Shown: positions 50,501 to 59,684 of the stretch, one piece after another | Layout: each line of letters starts with the position of its first letter | How positions within the stretch are numbered: the stretch's first letter is position 1 | IMG/VR virus record: IMGVR_UViG_3300043448_001007 | Span: 1 to 64,000 of that record | Length of the DNA stretch: 64,000 bases | Source: a virus | Strand: one strand, 5' to 3' | The notes under the pieces: model-generated | Told to the model about the DNA's origin: nothing | Databases searched by the model: none | What the model saw: only the letters and a program-made list of their open reading frames with translations | Made by a program: the position numbers and the translations under genes

Positions 50501-50809
50501 ATGCCTTTAATTACAAGATCTGGTAAGGGGTCCAAACTAACACATGTTGAGATGGATGGAAATCTAACCTATTTGGAAAACTTAGCTTTGAATGGTGGTG
50601 GTGGTTCATCATCTTCAATAAATGAAATATCTGCTGGTGTTGGTTTAACTGGTGGTGGTACTTCAAGTATAGTAACTTTATCAATACAATCTGATGGTGT
50701 TACTGAAGATATGTTGAATATAATTGGTGGACCAACTGCTGGTTATATTCTATCTAATGATGGAATCAATTTAACTTGGATTGAATCTAATCCCGGACTA
50801 TTTGGTTAG
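50501..50809 (+). CDS. N-terminal part of a fibre-like gene, out of frame with the downstream ORF
   Basis: L.TR..KGS.LT..EMD.N..YL; I.AG.GLTGGG; G.IL.....L.W. Confidence 0.6.
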   Translation: MPLITRSGKGSKLTHVEMDGNLTYLENLALNGGGGSSSSINEISAGVGLTGGGTSSIVTLSIQSDGVTEDMLNIIGGPTAGYILSNDGINLTWIESNPGLFG

Positions 50810-53762
50810 ACTAAATAGTGATGGTACTTTAGATACTACCTTTAATAATGGTGGTTCTGGATTTGATAGTGGTTTATTTGAAATAAAATTACAAAATGAT
50901 GGTAAAATATTAGTAGTTGGTTACTTTACAACTTATAATGGATCAGATTGTCAAGATAGGCTAGTTAGATTGAATACTGATGGTACTTTAGATACTACAT
51001 TTAATAATGGTGGATCTGGATTTGATGCTAATATAAATTCAATAACAATTCAACCAGATGATAAAATCTTAGTAAGTGGTTACTTCAATAATTATAATGG
51101 GGTTGATTGTCTAGATAATTTAGTTAGATTGAATACTGATGGTACTTTAGATACTACATTTAATAATGGTGGATCTGGATTTAATGGTGGTGTGAACTTA
51201 ACTAGAATTCAATCAGATGGTAAAATTTTGGTAAGTGGTTTTTTTACAACTTATAATGGAGCTGATTGTCCAGATGGATTTGTTAGATTAAATTCTAATG
51301 GTAGTTTGGATATAACATTTAATAATAGTGGGACTGGATTTAATACATATTTAAGTAAAATGTCAATTCAATCAGATGATAAGATTATAGTAAGTGGAAG
51401 TTTTACAACTTATAATGGAGCTGATTGTCCAGATTATTTAGTTAGATTAAATAGTGATGGTAGTTTAGATGAATTATTTGAAGTTTTATTTATGTCACCA
51501 CCTTCCATAAATTCCATTTCATTACAATCAGATGATAAGATTTTTATTGGTGGATATTTTACTACCAACAGTGGAATAAACCACTTTATGAACTTAAATC
51601 CTGATGGTACATTAAATTCATTGGGGAATGTTAAAATACTTACTGACTATAATGGATTATTAAAATATGAAGATAATTATCATTCTGTATATTCTGGTAG
51701 AACTTTAGTTGATAGAGAATATGTTGATGTTAGATTTGACTCGATTATTTCGGAGAACACATTAGCCAGCAATGGTTTGACAAAAAATATTAATACTGTA
51801 GAGATAGGTGGTTCTATCTATAAGAATACTACTATTGATGGTGATTATGATTTTACTTTGGATAATAAGTCATTTAATTTATTAAATATTACAGGCGGTT
51901 TTAATTATAATGAGACTGGTGTCTCTGGGAATGTAGTAAGGTATCTATATAATCAAACAGATAGTATTTTAATAGGTGGTGACTTTTTCTATTATAATGG
52001 AATTGATTGTCCTAACAATTTAATAAGAGTGAATAGAAATGGGTCTTTAGACACAACATTCAACAATGGTGGTTCTGGGTTCGATAATATTGTTTTATCA
52101 ATAGATGTTCAAACAGATGGAAAAATATTAGTGGGTGGTAACTTTACAACCTATAATGGATCTAATTGTCCGGATAGATTTGTTAGATTGAATATGGATG
52201 GTACTTTAGATACTACCTTTAATAATGGTGGTTCTGGATTTAATAGTGCTGTTTGGTCAATATCTATTCAACCAGATGGAAAAATATTAGTGGGTGGTCA
52301 GTTTACATCGTATAATGGGATAAGTTGTCCTTGGGGATTAATTCGTTTAAATACAGATGGGTCTTTAGATACAACTTTTAATAATGGTGGATCTGGATTT
52401 GTCAATGGTTCAATACGAGGTGGTATAATTGTTCAACCAGATGGTAAAATTTTAGTAGGTGGCTTTTTTACACAATATAATGGGATCAATTGCCCAGATA
52501 ATTTGGTTAGATTAAATAGTAATGGATCTTTAGATACCACTTTTAATAATGGTGGCTCTGGGTTTAATAGTGATGTTTATTCAATATCTATTCAATCGGA
52601 TGGGAAAATTTTAGTAGGTGGTAGTTTTACTCAATATAATGGATCTAATTGTCCCGATAAGTTAATTCGATTAAATAGTAATGGTTCTTTAGATACCACT
52701 TTTAATAATGGCGGTACTGGATTCAATAATGATATTTGCACAATATCTATTCAAACAGATGGTAAAATTTTAGCAGGTGGTGATTTTACTACATATAATG
52801 GATCTGATTGCTCAGACAGATTAACTAGGTTAAATACTGATGGTAGTATTGATAATACCTTTATTTTTAGTGGATCTGGTGTTTTAATCTACAAAATTAT
52901 TATACAACTAGATGGTAAAGTTTTAATGGGTGGTCTATATGGTTCTTTAGTAAGAATAAACCAAAATGGTAGTCAAGATCTCCCAACAAATGTTAAGGTA
53001 TTTTTGGATAAAAATCACGGATTACTAAGATATGAAAATAATTATCATGAATTCTATACAAATAGAACACTAGTTGATAAAGAATATGTGGATCTATTAT
53101 CATCAAACTACCTTAGTTTATCTGGTGGGACTATGAGTGGAACTATATCTTTTGGATTAAATAATCAATATTGTTTATCTGGTAGTGGTGTGATGGCTGG
53201 TATTACGTTTAGTAATAAAATATCTTTATCTGACAACTCGTTAATTTATCCTGGATATGGTGGTACTTTAATTGAATCAAAGTCAAGTGATTTTATAAGT
53301 AGATTATCTGTTAACTCTGAATATACTTTCTGGGATGTTAGGGGAACAATATCAACCAATGCTCCATTAGGTACAACATATTCTAGAGGAACAATATTAA
53401 TGTCAACTCTGGGTGGGATAGAAATAAAATACAATAACCCAGTAAAAACATCTAATATCCAATTAACTGATGGATATGTTGGTATTGTTGGAGTTGATAT
53501 ATACACAACAAGTTTATTGGAAGCTAGATTAAAAACAAATAGCTTAACAGATGATCGAGACTTTTCTTTCCCAGATTCATCCGGAACATTCTCATTAATA
53601 TCTGATTTTGGTCAATTAATGGTATATACAAATGCTACTAAACCAGCTGCTGCTACTAATGTTGGTAGATTAATATACATATCGGATATTGATGGTGGTA
53701 TAGCGGCTATTAGTAATGGAACAGATTGGAAAAAAATGCATGATAATAGTATAATCGTCTAA
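50781..53762 (+). CDS. Delta-60 repeat fibre/adhesin, C-terminal part (truncated propeller plus complete 7-repeat propeller)
   Basis: About 53-aa LVRLNxDGxLDTTFNNGGSGF..DGKILVGG repeats; starts mid-repeat with no convincing start of its own. Confidence 0.75.
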   Translation: MNLIPDYLVRLNSDGTLDTTFNNGGSGFDSGLFEIKLQNDGKILVVGYFTTYNGSDCQDRLVRLNTDGTLDTTFNNGGSGFDANINSITIQPDDKILVSGYFNNYNGVDCLDNLVRLNTDGTLDTTFNNGGSGFNGGVNLTRIQSDGKILVSGFFTTYNGADCPDGFVRLNSNGSLDITFNNSGTGFNTYLSKMSIQSDDKIIVSGSFTTYNGADCPDYLVRLNSDGSLDELFEVLFMSPPSINSISLQSDDKIFIGGYFTTNSGINHFMNLNPDGTLNSLGNVKILTDYNGLLKYEDNYHSVYSGRTLVDREYVDVRFDSIISENTLASNGLTKNINTVEIGGSIYKNTTIDGDYDFTLDNKSFNLLNITGGFNYNETGVSGNVVRYLYNQTDSILIGGDFFYYNGIDCPNNLIRVNRNGSLDTTFNNGGSGFDNIVLSIDVQTDGKILVGGNFTTYNGSNCPDRFVRLNMDGTLDTTFNNGGSGFNSAVWSISIQPDGKILVGGQFTSYNGISCPWGLIRLNTDGSLDTTFNNGGSGFVNGSIRGGIIVQPDGKILVGGFFTQYNGINCPDNLVRLNSNGSLDTTFNNGGSGFNSDVYSISIQSDGKILVGGSFTQYNGSNCPDKLIRLNSNGSLDTTFNNGGTGFNNDICTISIQTDGKILAGGDFTTYNGSDCSDRLTRLNTDGSIDNTFIFSGSGVLIYKIIIQLDGKVLMGGLYGSLVRINQNGSQDLPTNVKVFLDKNHGLLRYENNYHEFYTNRTLVDKEYVDLLSSNYLSLSGGTMSGTISFGLNNQYCLSGSGVMAGITFSNKISLSDNSLIYPGYGGTLIESKSSDFISRLSVNSEYTFWDVRGTISTNAPLGTTYSRGTILMSTLGGIEIKYNNPVKTSNIQLTDGYVGIVGVDIYTTSLLEARLKTNSLTDDRDFSFPDSSGTFSLISDFGQLMVYTNATKPAAATNVGRLIYISDIDGGIAAISNGTDWKKMHDNSIIV
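50962..51182 (+). repeat. Exact 62-nt direct repeat, 159-nt period
   Basis: tagttagattgaatactgatggtactttagatactacatttaataatggtggatctggattt at 50962 and 51121. Confidence 0.85.
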
Positions 53763-53891
53763 ATTTATTTCATAAATAAAAAAGTAAATCACTTATATTA
53801 AGTTATGGGTGATTTATTTTTTTATATATAGATTTAGATACAAAATCTTTTCGATTTTCGAAAATGATTTCAAAAAATTAACTCTAAATAA

Positions 53892-54647
53892 ATGATTGGT
53901 GATAAATTTAATATGGATGACTCATTTTATAGGGATTTAACAATTTGTTTTTTAGATAAAATTGAAGGTCAGGTAAAATGGGTAAATAAATTTACTTCTG
54001 GTGATGTTCAAGTAAATGTTCCATTTTATTATAGTCTAACTGGTGATGAAAGATTTTTATTAGATAGTTTTCAAGATGATATTGTATCAAATAATAGATT
54101 TGTTGAATTAAATACTGATATTATACCTAGAGGGCATGTTACATTAACTAGTTTTACTATTAATTCTGATCAATTTAGAAATCCAAATGTTTGGGTTAGA
54201 GATGTTTTTGAAGATACTGAGAAAAAAGAAGTTAAGTCACAATTAAAAAAGTTAAGAGCTATACCAATTACGGCTACATTTGATATATCTATTCTTTTGA
54301 AAACAGAAATAGATGTGTTTAAATGTTCTCAAGCTCTTATGAATACTCTTTGGTTATATAAGTTTATGTATTTTGAGCATAATTATATGCATATTGATGC
54401 TGTTTTACATATTCCAGATAGTTCTCAGATTGAAATTATTCGCGAAAAAACAATGTCAAATGAAAATAATATTAAACTTACTCTTTCAGTGGAGGTTAAG
54501 ACATATTATCCAGCCTTTCCACCGGATGAGAAGTCAATTTCACCACATAGAACTAAGTGGTTTAATAATATTATTACTACTAGAACTGGAAATTATAGAC
54601 AATCTAACAATAATTCAGATAATCCACCAGGAGCAAATCAAAATTAA
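53892..54647 (+). CDS. Tail terminator/sheath stabilizer (gp15-like)
   Basis: D.FYR.L; V.VPF.Y..ERFL; IPRG; AIP. Confidence 0.65.
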   Translation: MIGDKFNMDDSFYRDLTICFLDKIEGQVKWVNKFTSGDVQVNVPFYYSLTGDERFLLDSFQDDIVSNNRFVELNTDIIPRGHVTLTSFTINSDQFRNPNVWVRDVFEDTEKKEVKSQLKKLRAIPITATFDISILLKTEIDVFKCSQALMNTLWLYKFMYFEHNYMHIDAVLHIPDSSQIEIIREKTMSNENNIKLTLSVEVKTYYPAFPPDEKSISPHRTKWFNNIITTRTGNYRQSNNNSDNPPGANQN

Positions 54648-54727
54648 TATATAAAAGGTATAAAAATGACAAAAAGTCGATTTTAGAACATAATATATAG
54701 AATATAAAAAAAAATAAAAATATACTC

Positions 54728-56014
54728 ATGAAGAATCTTAAACTAGAGCTTTTCAACTTTAAAAAATCATTAACTTATGATGATTCCGAGGTGGCTCACA
54801 TCATTGAAGGGCATTATAATAATTGTGCTGATTTTACAGAAAAGAATATTATATTTTCTCTTAATGAGAAATTAAAACCTTATATGTATGATAAAAAGGT
54901 TAAAACTTTATTAGAAAGTTTAAATGCTGATATGAAGCAATATGAATTATTATATGAATTGAAAAGTTTATATAATGTTTTAAATACTCAAAATCAAGGA
55001 GAGTTGTATCGTCAACCTATTAATGTTTTATTACAAACTATTAATTTGGAAAATGATCAAGATCGTCTTTCTAAAGTTTTAAATGAACTTGCTGTTTATG
55101 ATTGGGTTCCAGAAATTAAACTTTTTGTTCATAACTTAACTCAGTCTCCAGAGACAAGATCTAACTTATTAAGTGGTGGTAAATCTGAATCAGTTTATAC
55201 TTTGGTTGAGTCTGTTGAAGATGGTCACTTAGCATTTATTAAAGATTCTTGGTTCCTTTTAACTGATAATACTATTGAGAAAACTCTTTTAGAGAATCAT
55301 GTTAAAGAAGAAGGTCGTTTGGCTGAATTGAGAACATTACAAACAGCTTTACAATATTGTGCTGTTACTGAGTCTAGAATTGATTTCAGAATTTCGGAAT
55401 ATTTAACTTTAGGATTAGGTGTTGCTAAAAAAGGAGTTGTTTATTTAAATGATGATGAATTAAATGCTGAAACAACTTTAGAAAGTGTTTTCTCATCACC
55501 AGTTATTCCAATTGTAAATAAAAACTTCTATCCATTGATTCAAGAAGTTGCAAAAAATATGAATTCATTTGTTGAATTAGATGTTGTTAAAAAAGTTACT
55601 AATTTAGTAAAACCTACTTTAGAATTATATTGCTTTAACTACAAAAACAATGTCTATGTTTATAGATGTGATGAGAGATATGGATATTCTTTATTTAAAT
55701 ATGAGTCAGCTGCTGAGTTATGTAACGAATGTAAAGGCGAAATGAGTTATGATTTAACTTTCTTCTATGAAAATAAACTTTCTAAAGAAATGGTTTCTAA
55801 AAAAAGATTAGAAGATAAAGAAAGAGAAATCGAATTGAAATTAGAAGATGTTAATTTAAACATTTCTAAATTAGAAGCAACTTTCAAAACTTTAGGAGAA
55901 ACTCCAGTTCTTAAAGAAGCATTAACTAACTTAACTAAAAGAAAAAGTAATTTAGATAATGAACTTCAAGCTGTTAAAGAACTTCAATATAAAGAAAGAG
56001 TTAAACTTGGTTAA
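54728..56014 (+). CDS. Hypothetical protein, probably structural, with C-terminal coiled coil
   Basis: 428 aa; two TAATATATA motifs upstream; several LxES sites. Confidence 0.6.
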   Translation: MKNLKLELFNFKKSLTYDDSEVAHIIEGHYNNCADFTEKNIIFSLNEKLKPYMYDKKVKTLLESLNADMKQYELLYELKSLYNVLNTQNQGELYRQPINVLLQTINLENDQDRLSKVLNELAVYDWVPEIKLFVHNLTQSPETRSNLLSGGKSESVYTLVESVEDGHLAFIKDSWFLLTDNTIEKTLLENHVKEEGRLAELRTLQTALQYCAVTESRIDFRISEYLTLGLGVAKKGVVYLNDDELNAETTLESVFSSPVIPIVNKNFYPLIQEVAKNMNSFVELDVVKKVTNLVKPTLELYCFNYKNNVYVYRCDERYGYSLFKYESAAELCNECKGEMSYDLTFFYENKLSKEMVSKKRLEDKEREIELKLEDVNLNISKLEATFKTLGETPVLKEALTNLTKRKSNLDNELQAVKELQYKERVKLG

Positions 56015-56020
56015 TAAAAT

Positions 56021-56054
56021 AAAAAAAAATCCTCAATTTGAGGATTTTTTTTTT
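56021..56054. terminator. Bidirectional terminator
   Basis: A9-tcctcaa-t-ttgagga-T-run. Confidence 0.8.
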
Positions 56055-56056
56055 AT

Positions 56057-56740
56057 TTAAAAGTTTAATTTATTTTCTTTTCTATATTTAATAAAGAATT
56101 TTTCAAAAGATTCTACAACTTCATCAACACTATCTACAATTCTGAATAGTTCAAAATCTGATTCTTTAATACAACCTTCCACTAACATAGATTCTCTCAT
56201 CCACCCAATCAATCCACTCCAATATTTAGAACCAACTAAAAATATTGGATATTTTTCAGTTTTTTCAGTTTGTAAAAGTGTAATAACTTCCCATAATTCA
56301 TCCATTGTTCCAACACCACCTGGCATAATAACAAACCCTTGAGAATATTTTAAGAACATAACTTTTCTAACATGAAAATACTTAAAAGATATATTTTTAT
56401 CCCAATCAATAAAATCATTATTTTTCATTTCAAATGGTAATTTAATACCAACTCCAACTGAAGGTGATCCACCTCTTTGAGCACCCTTATTAGCCGCTTC
56501 CATTATACCTGGTCCACCACCAGTTATAATACCATAACCTTTTGATGAGAGTCTATAAGCAATTTCCTCAGTTAATTGATAGTATGGACTATCTTCTTTT
56601 AATCTGGCTGATCCAAATATAGAAATACAAGGACCAACATCGGTCAATTTGTCAAACCCTATAACCAGTTCTGAATTAACCCTTTGAACTTGCCAGGAAT
56701 CATTAGCTCGTATTTCCTCCTTATTTTTATTCCAATTCAT
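56057..56740 (-). CDS. LOG-family (TIGR00730-type) nucleotide phosphoribohydrolase
   Basis: SIFGSAR; ITGGGPGIMEAAN; F..RK..F; PGG.GT.DE. Confidence 0.9.
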   Translation of the reverse strand: MNWNKNKEEIRANDSWQVQRVNSELVIGFDKLTDVGPCISIFGSARLKEDSPYYQLTEEIAYRLSSKGYGIITGGGPGIMEAANKGAQRGGSPSVGVGIKLPFEMKNNDFIDWDKNISFKYFHVRKVMFLKYSQGFVIMPGGVGTMDELWEVITLLQTEKTEKYPIFLVGSKYWSGLIGWMRESMLVEGCIKESDFELFRIVDSVDEVVESFEKFFIKYRKENKLNF

Positions 56741-56811
56741 TATGTTTTTTATTTTATAAAAAGATATATTTTTAAAGTTTATAATTTAATATATAAAAAA
56801 ACAATTTATTT

Positions 56812-57348
56812 ATGAAATATTTAAAAAAGTTCAATGAATCCTATAAAGAACCATTTATATATAAATCTCCTGATAATCTAGTTCGAGATATAAAAGAAAT
56901 ATTCTATATCCTATCAGATTATGGTTGTGAAATTAAATATGATAATTCAAATGACTATGAGTTAGATATTGAAATTGAACCAAAAAATATAGATAATAGT
57001 TTCTCATCATTGGATAGTTTAATAAGCCTTAGAGAAAAACTCATTGAGGAAAATGAGCTTATTTATGTTACTAAACTAATTGAAGTTTGTCAACACTTAG
57101 ACCAATTGAAAGAAGATGTGGGTGGATTTGAGTATAAATTTTATGGTAATATAGATATCAATGATAATTTTACAATTACAATTGAGTTTGAATATGAGGA
57201 AATGGCAATTATTAATGTTGTTAATAATTTGATTTATTTAAATGATGATATTATTGTGTCACAACTAAAGTATATAAATGATAATGCTGAGTATGATGGT
57301 TGGGAAGTAGGTGATCGATCATTTTTTTTTAGATTTTTACTTAAATAA
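56812..57348 (+). CDS. Acidic protein with CTS-like N-terminus, possibly continuing to 57511 across a T9 run
   Basis: MKYLKKFNES; overlapping +1-frame ORF 57311-57511. Confidence 0.6.
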   Translation: MKYLKKFNESYKEPFIYKSPDNLVRDIKEIFYILSDYGCEIKYDNSNDYELDIEIEPKNIDNSFSSLDSLISLREKLIEENELIYVTKLIEVCQHLDQLKEDVGGFEYKFYGNIDINDNFTITIEFEYEEMAIINVVNNLIYLNDDIIVSQLKYINDNAEYDGWEVGDRSFFFRFLLK

Positions 57349-57618
57349 GAAGTATAATGTGAATGATATTTTAGAACATTTTAATATTATTATGGGTGAG
57401 TATTTCAAATTCTATCTAAGTAAAGAAGAATCCGACGACTTTAAAGATAGTGGTGATTATTTATATATTTTAAAAGGAGATTTGATTAAAGGAGAATTAG
57501 CACCACATTAAATAAATAGATAATTTTTCGAAAAATTAATAAACTTTACTACATGATCAACGTAGAAAAAGAGTTACACGATAAATGTTGAAAAACATCA
57601 AAAATTAATGTGTATTAA

Positions 57619-57984
57619 ATGTATTTAAATAACAAAGATCTCTATGTAGAAATTGTAGTTTCTAAAGCTACCGGAAAATTAACTAGAAAAGCTGAAAAAA
57701 TGATGGAACTTTTAGCTAAAGAAACCATCAAAAAAATGAAATATTGGAGTATTGATGATCGTAATGACTGTTATCAAACGGCTTTATTAGACATGTATTC
57801 TAATTGGTATAATTTTAATGAAGAAAAATCAATAAATTGTTTCGCTTATTTCACAGAGATTATTAAGAGAGGGTTAGCGAAGGGGTTTAATCAGTTATAT
57901 AAGAAAAAGGGAGATAATGAAAATCAAATTAAAATGATATCATTAGAGGGATCAAATGATGGTCAAGGTCTCCATTCAATTTAA
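57619..57984 (+). CDS. Late-transcription sigma factor (gp55-like)
   Basis: YLNNKDL; NF.EEKS.N.FAYFT.I. Confidence 0.85.
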   Translation: MYLNNKDLYVEIVVSKATGKLTRKAEKMMELLAKETIKKMKYWSIDDRNDCYQTALLDMYSNWYNFNEEKSINCFAYFTEIIKRGLAKGFNQLYKKKGDNENQIKMISLEGSNDGQGLHSI

Positions 57985-58066
57985 AGATGATGAATTTTAA
58001 TATTGAAATATCCAAGTTAAGTTCTATTATTATAGAAAAGAGATATCCTGAATTTTATAAAGATCG

Positions 58067-58399
58067 GTGGGAATATATAAAAAAATAACTAATATGTCAT
58101 ATATATTTATAGTATTTATCTTATATTATCTATTATTTTTTGATAGATTAAATAAACCACTTATTAGTCGCGATTATAAAGATCATTTAACAATTATCTT
58201 AGACTTATTATATTATTTTAGTCAAGTTATTTTTATTATTTGGTCAATATCTCTTTTATTTATAAATGTTGATACTCCATTGGTTATTTGTTTATTCATA
58301 ACTACCTTATTTCTAATGCTTAGTAAATGGAGTGGTCCTAATTTGAAAGTTGAAATGAGTATCTTGATACTTAGAACTATGATTCTGTTATTAATTTAA
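58067..58399 (+). CDS. Small multi-TM membrane protein
   Basis: Three or four hydrophobic segments; start uncertain. Confidence 0.5.
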   Translation: MGIYKKITNMSYIFIVFILYYLLFFDRLNKPLISRDYKDHLTIILDLLYYFSQVIFIIWSISLLFINVDTPLVICLFITTLFLMLSKWSGPNLKVEMSILILRTMILLLI

Positions 58400-58932
58400 T
58401 TAATTCCATACTTCTTAAGATGTTCTTCTGTTAATATTATAAATTCCCAACCTTTCATTTTACAATATTTAATCATTGTTTCCCATTTAGCTAAATTTTT
58501 TTGAGCCATTTTTAGATCATATTCAAAATTCTTTAGCTTTTTAATGGTGGCATTAATTGGCATTTGGAGTTTTTTTTCTTGGAGGAGAATAACATTTTGA
58601 TATTCTTTCATCGGTTTTACTTCCATTACAACTTTTTTAACCTCACCATCTTTTTTAGTCATTTCATAATAAAAATCTGGATAATAACAATGTTGTTTTA
58701 AAGTGATATCATTATTATCAAAATGAGTTAATTGATATGGTATTTTAATTCCTTCGGAGTTCCATCGAGTGACCATTTCATTAGCGTCAAGCCAAGTCAT
58801 TATTTTTAATTCAAGTCCGGATCTATAAAATAATCCACCTTGATTATTTAGTCTAATAACCTTATCCTTATTTTTGGGAACAAATAATCCTTGTTTGTAA
58901 TTTCCAGCTCCAGTTGGTTTAGAATTTAACAT
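58396..58932 (-). CDS. Head completion nuclease (gp4-like, TnsA-type)
   Basis: YKQG.F.PKN..K; YRS..E; W.SE...IPY; YYPDF; EVKP; F.ILTE. Confidence 0.9.
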   Translation of the reverse strand: MLNSKPTGAGNYKQGLFVPKNKDKVIRLNNQGGLFYRSGLELKIMTWLDANEMVTRWNSEGIKIPYQLTHFDNNDITLKQHCYYPDFYYEMTKKDGEVKKVVMEVKPMKEYQNVILLQEKKLQMPINATIKKLKNFEYDLKMAQKNLAKWETMIKYCKMKGWEFIILTEEHLKKYGIN

Positions 58933-58966
58933 AAATCAATATACATTTTTTAATATATATTGATAT

Positions 58967-59677
58967 ATGGGTGCTCTAAATGAAAGAATAAAGTTAAGTC
59001 AATTAGTTCATGGTAAAGATTTGGTAGACTATTTTAAAAATAATAGTCAATATATGTATGAGCAATACCAAACTACCAGCGATTTGTGTCAATCTCAGAG
59101 TATAGATAAGATATCTAAAGGTGGATTTTATTTTTTTGTTTACAAAGATGATTCCAATTGGATGAGATATTCTTTATTATTTTGTACAGATTATCGTAAG
59201 TTGAATAACTTAACCATTGTAATGGGTATTAATTTTAATTTTATTCCTATTGAAATAAGAGGTAGATTTTTTGATCAATTTATTAATGAAAAAGATTTTG
59301 AAAAAAATTCATATTTACCCGTTGATTTCACAACCATTTATAAAGAACTACTAAAAATAGGGTTCGAATACTCTTTAGTTGAATGGACAGTTCCACAAAT
59401 AGTTAGTGTTCATAGAATACATTTGGAGTTATTACCAAGATTTCTATATTCATCATTTCCTAAAAATAAATATGATCCAAATAAGTTAATGGAGATATGG
59501 GCTGCTAAAATTAAAGATAAACAATATAGACACCAAGAAGTAATTCTTTCTAAAATAGATGAGTTTTTTGATGCTGAAAAATCTTTACAGAAAAAAGAAA
59601 CAGGTAATAAGTATCAATATTTGGAGAAACATATTCAAAGACTACAAAGAAGTTATGAAAAATATGGAAAATTTTAA
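58967..59677 (+). CDS. DNA end protector gp2-like
   Basis: G.FYFF.Y; GIN..FIP...R; adjacent to gp4. Confidence 0.55.
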   Translation: MGALNERIKLSQLVHGKDLVDYFKNNSQYMYEQYQTTSDLCQSQSIDKISKGGFYFFVYKDDSNWMRYSLLFCTDYRKLNNLTIVMGINFNFIPIEIRGRFFDQFINEKDFEKNSYLPVDFTTIYKELLKIGFEYSLVEWTVPQIVSVHRIHLELLPRFLYSSFPKNKYDPNKLMEIWAAKIKDKQYRHQEVILSKIDEFFDAEKSLQKKETGNKYQYLEKHIQRLQRSYEKYGKF

Positions 59678-59684
59678 AAAAAAA

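Larger units (their letters stand above)
1113..58959. promoter_or_regulatory. Dispersed late-promoter motif TAATATATA (about 26 oriented copies)
   Basis: Plus: 1113, 3085, 9156, 13635, 26140, 28531, 30564, 35482, 39526, 42749, 48629, 50475, 54645, 54691, 56787, 58951. Minus: 7725, 13598, 19258, 19897, 20918, 21561, 24965, 27630, 37565, 42681. All point toward a downstream gene. Confidence 0.8.

Noticed and set aside
50793-52975. Regularly spaced repeats as a CRISPR array or DGR template
   Set aside because: In-frame 159-nt protein repeats with synonymous variation; no cas or reverse transcriptase gene, and no adenine-specific pattern seen
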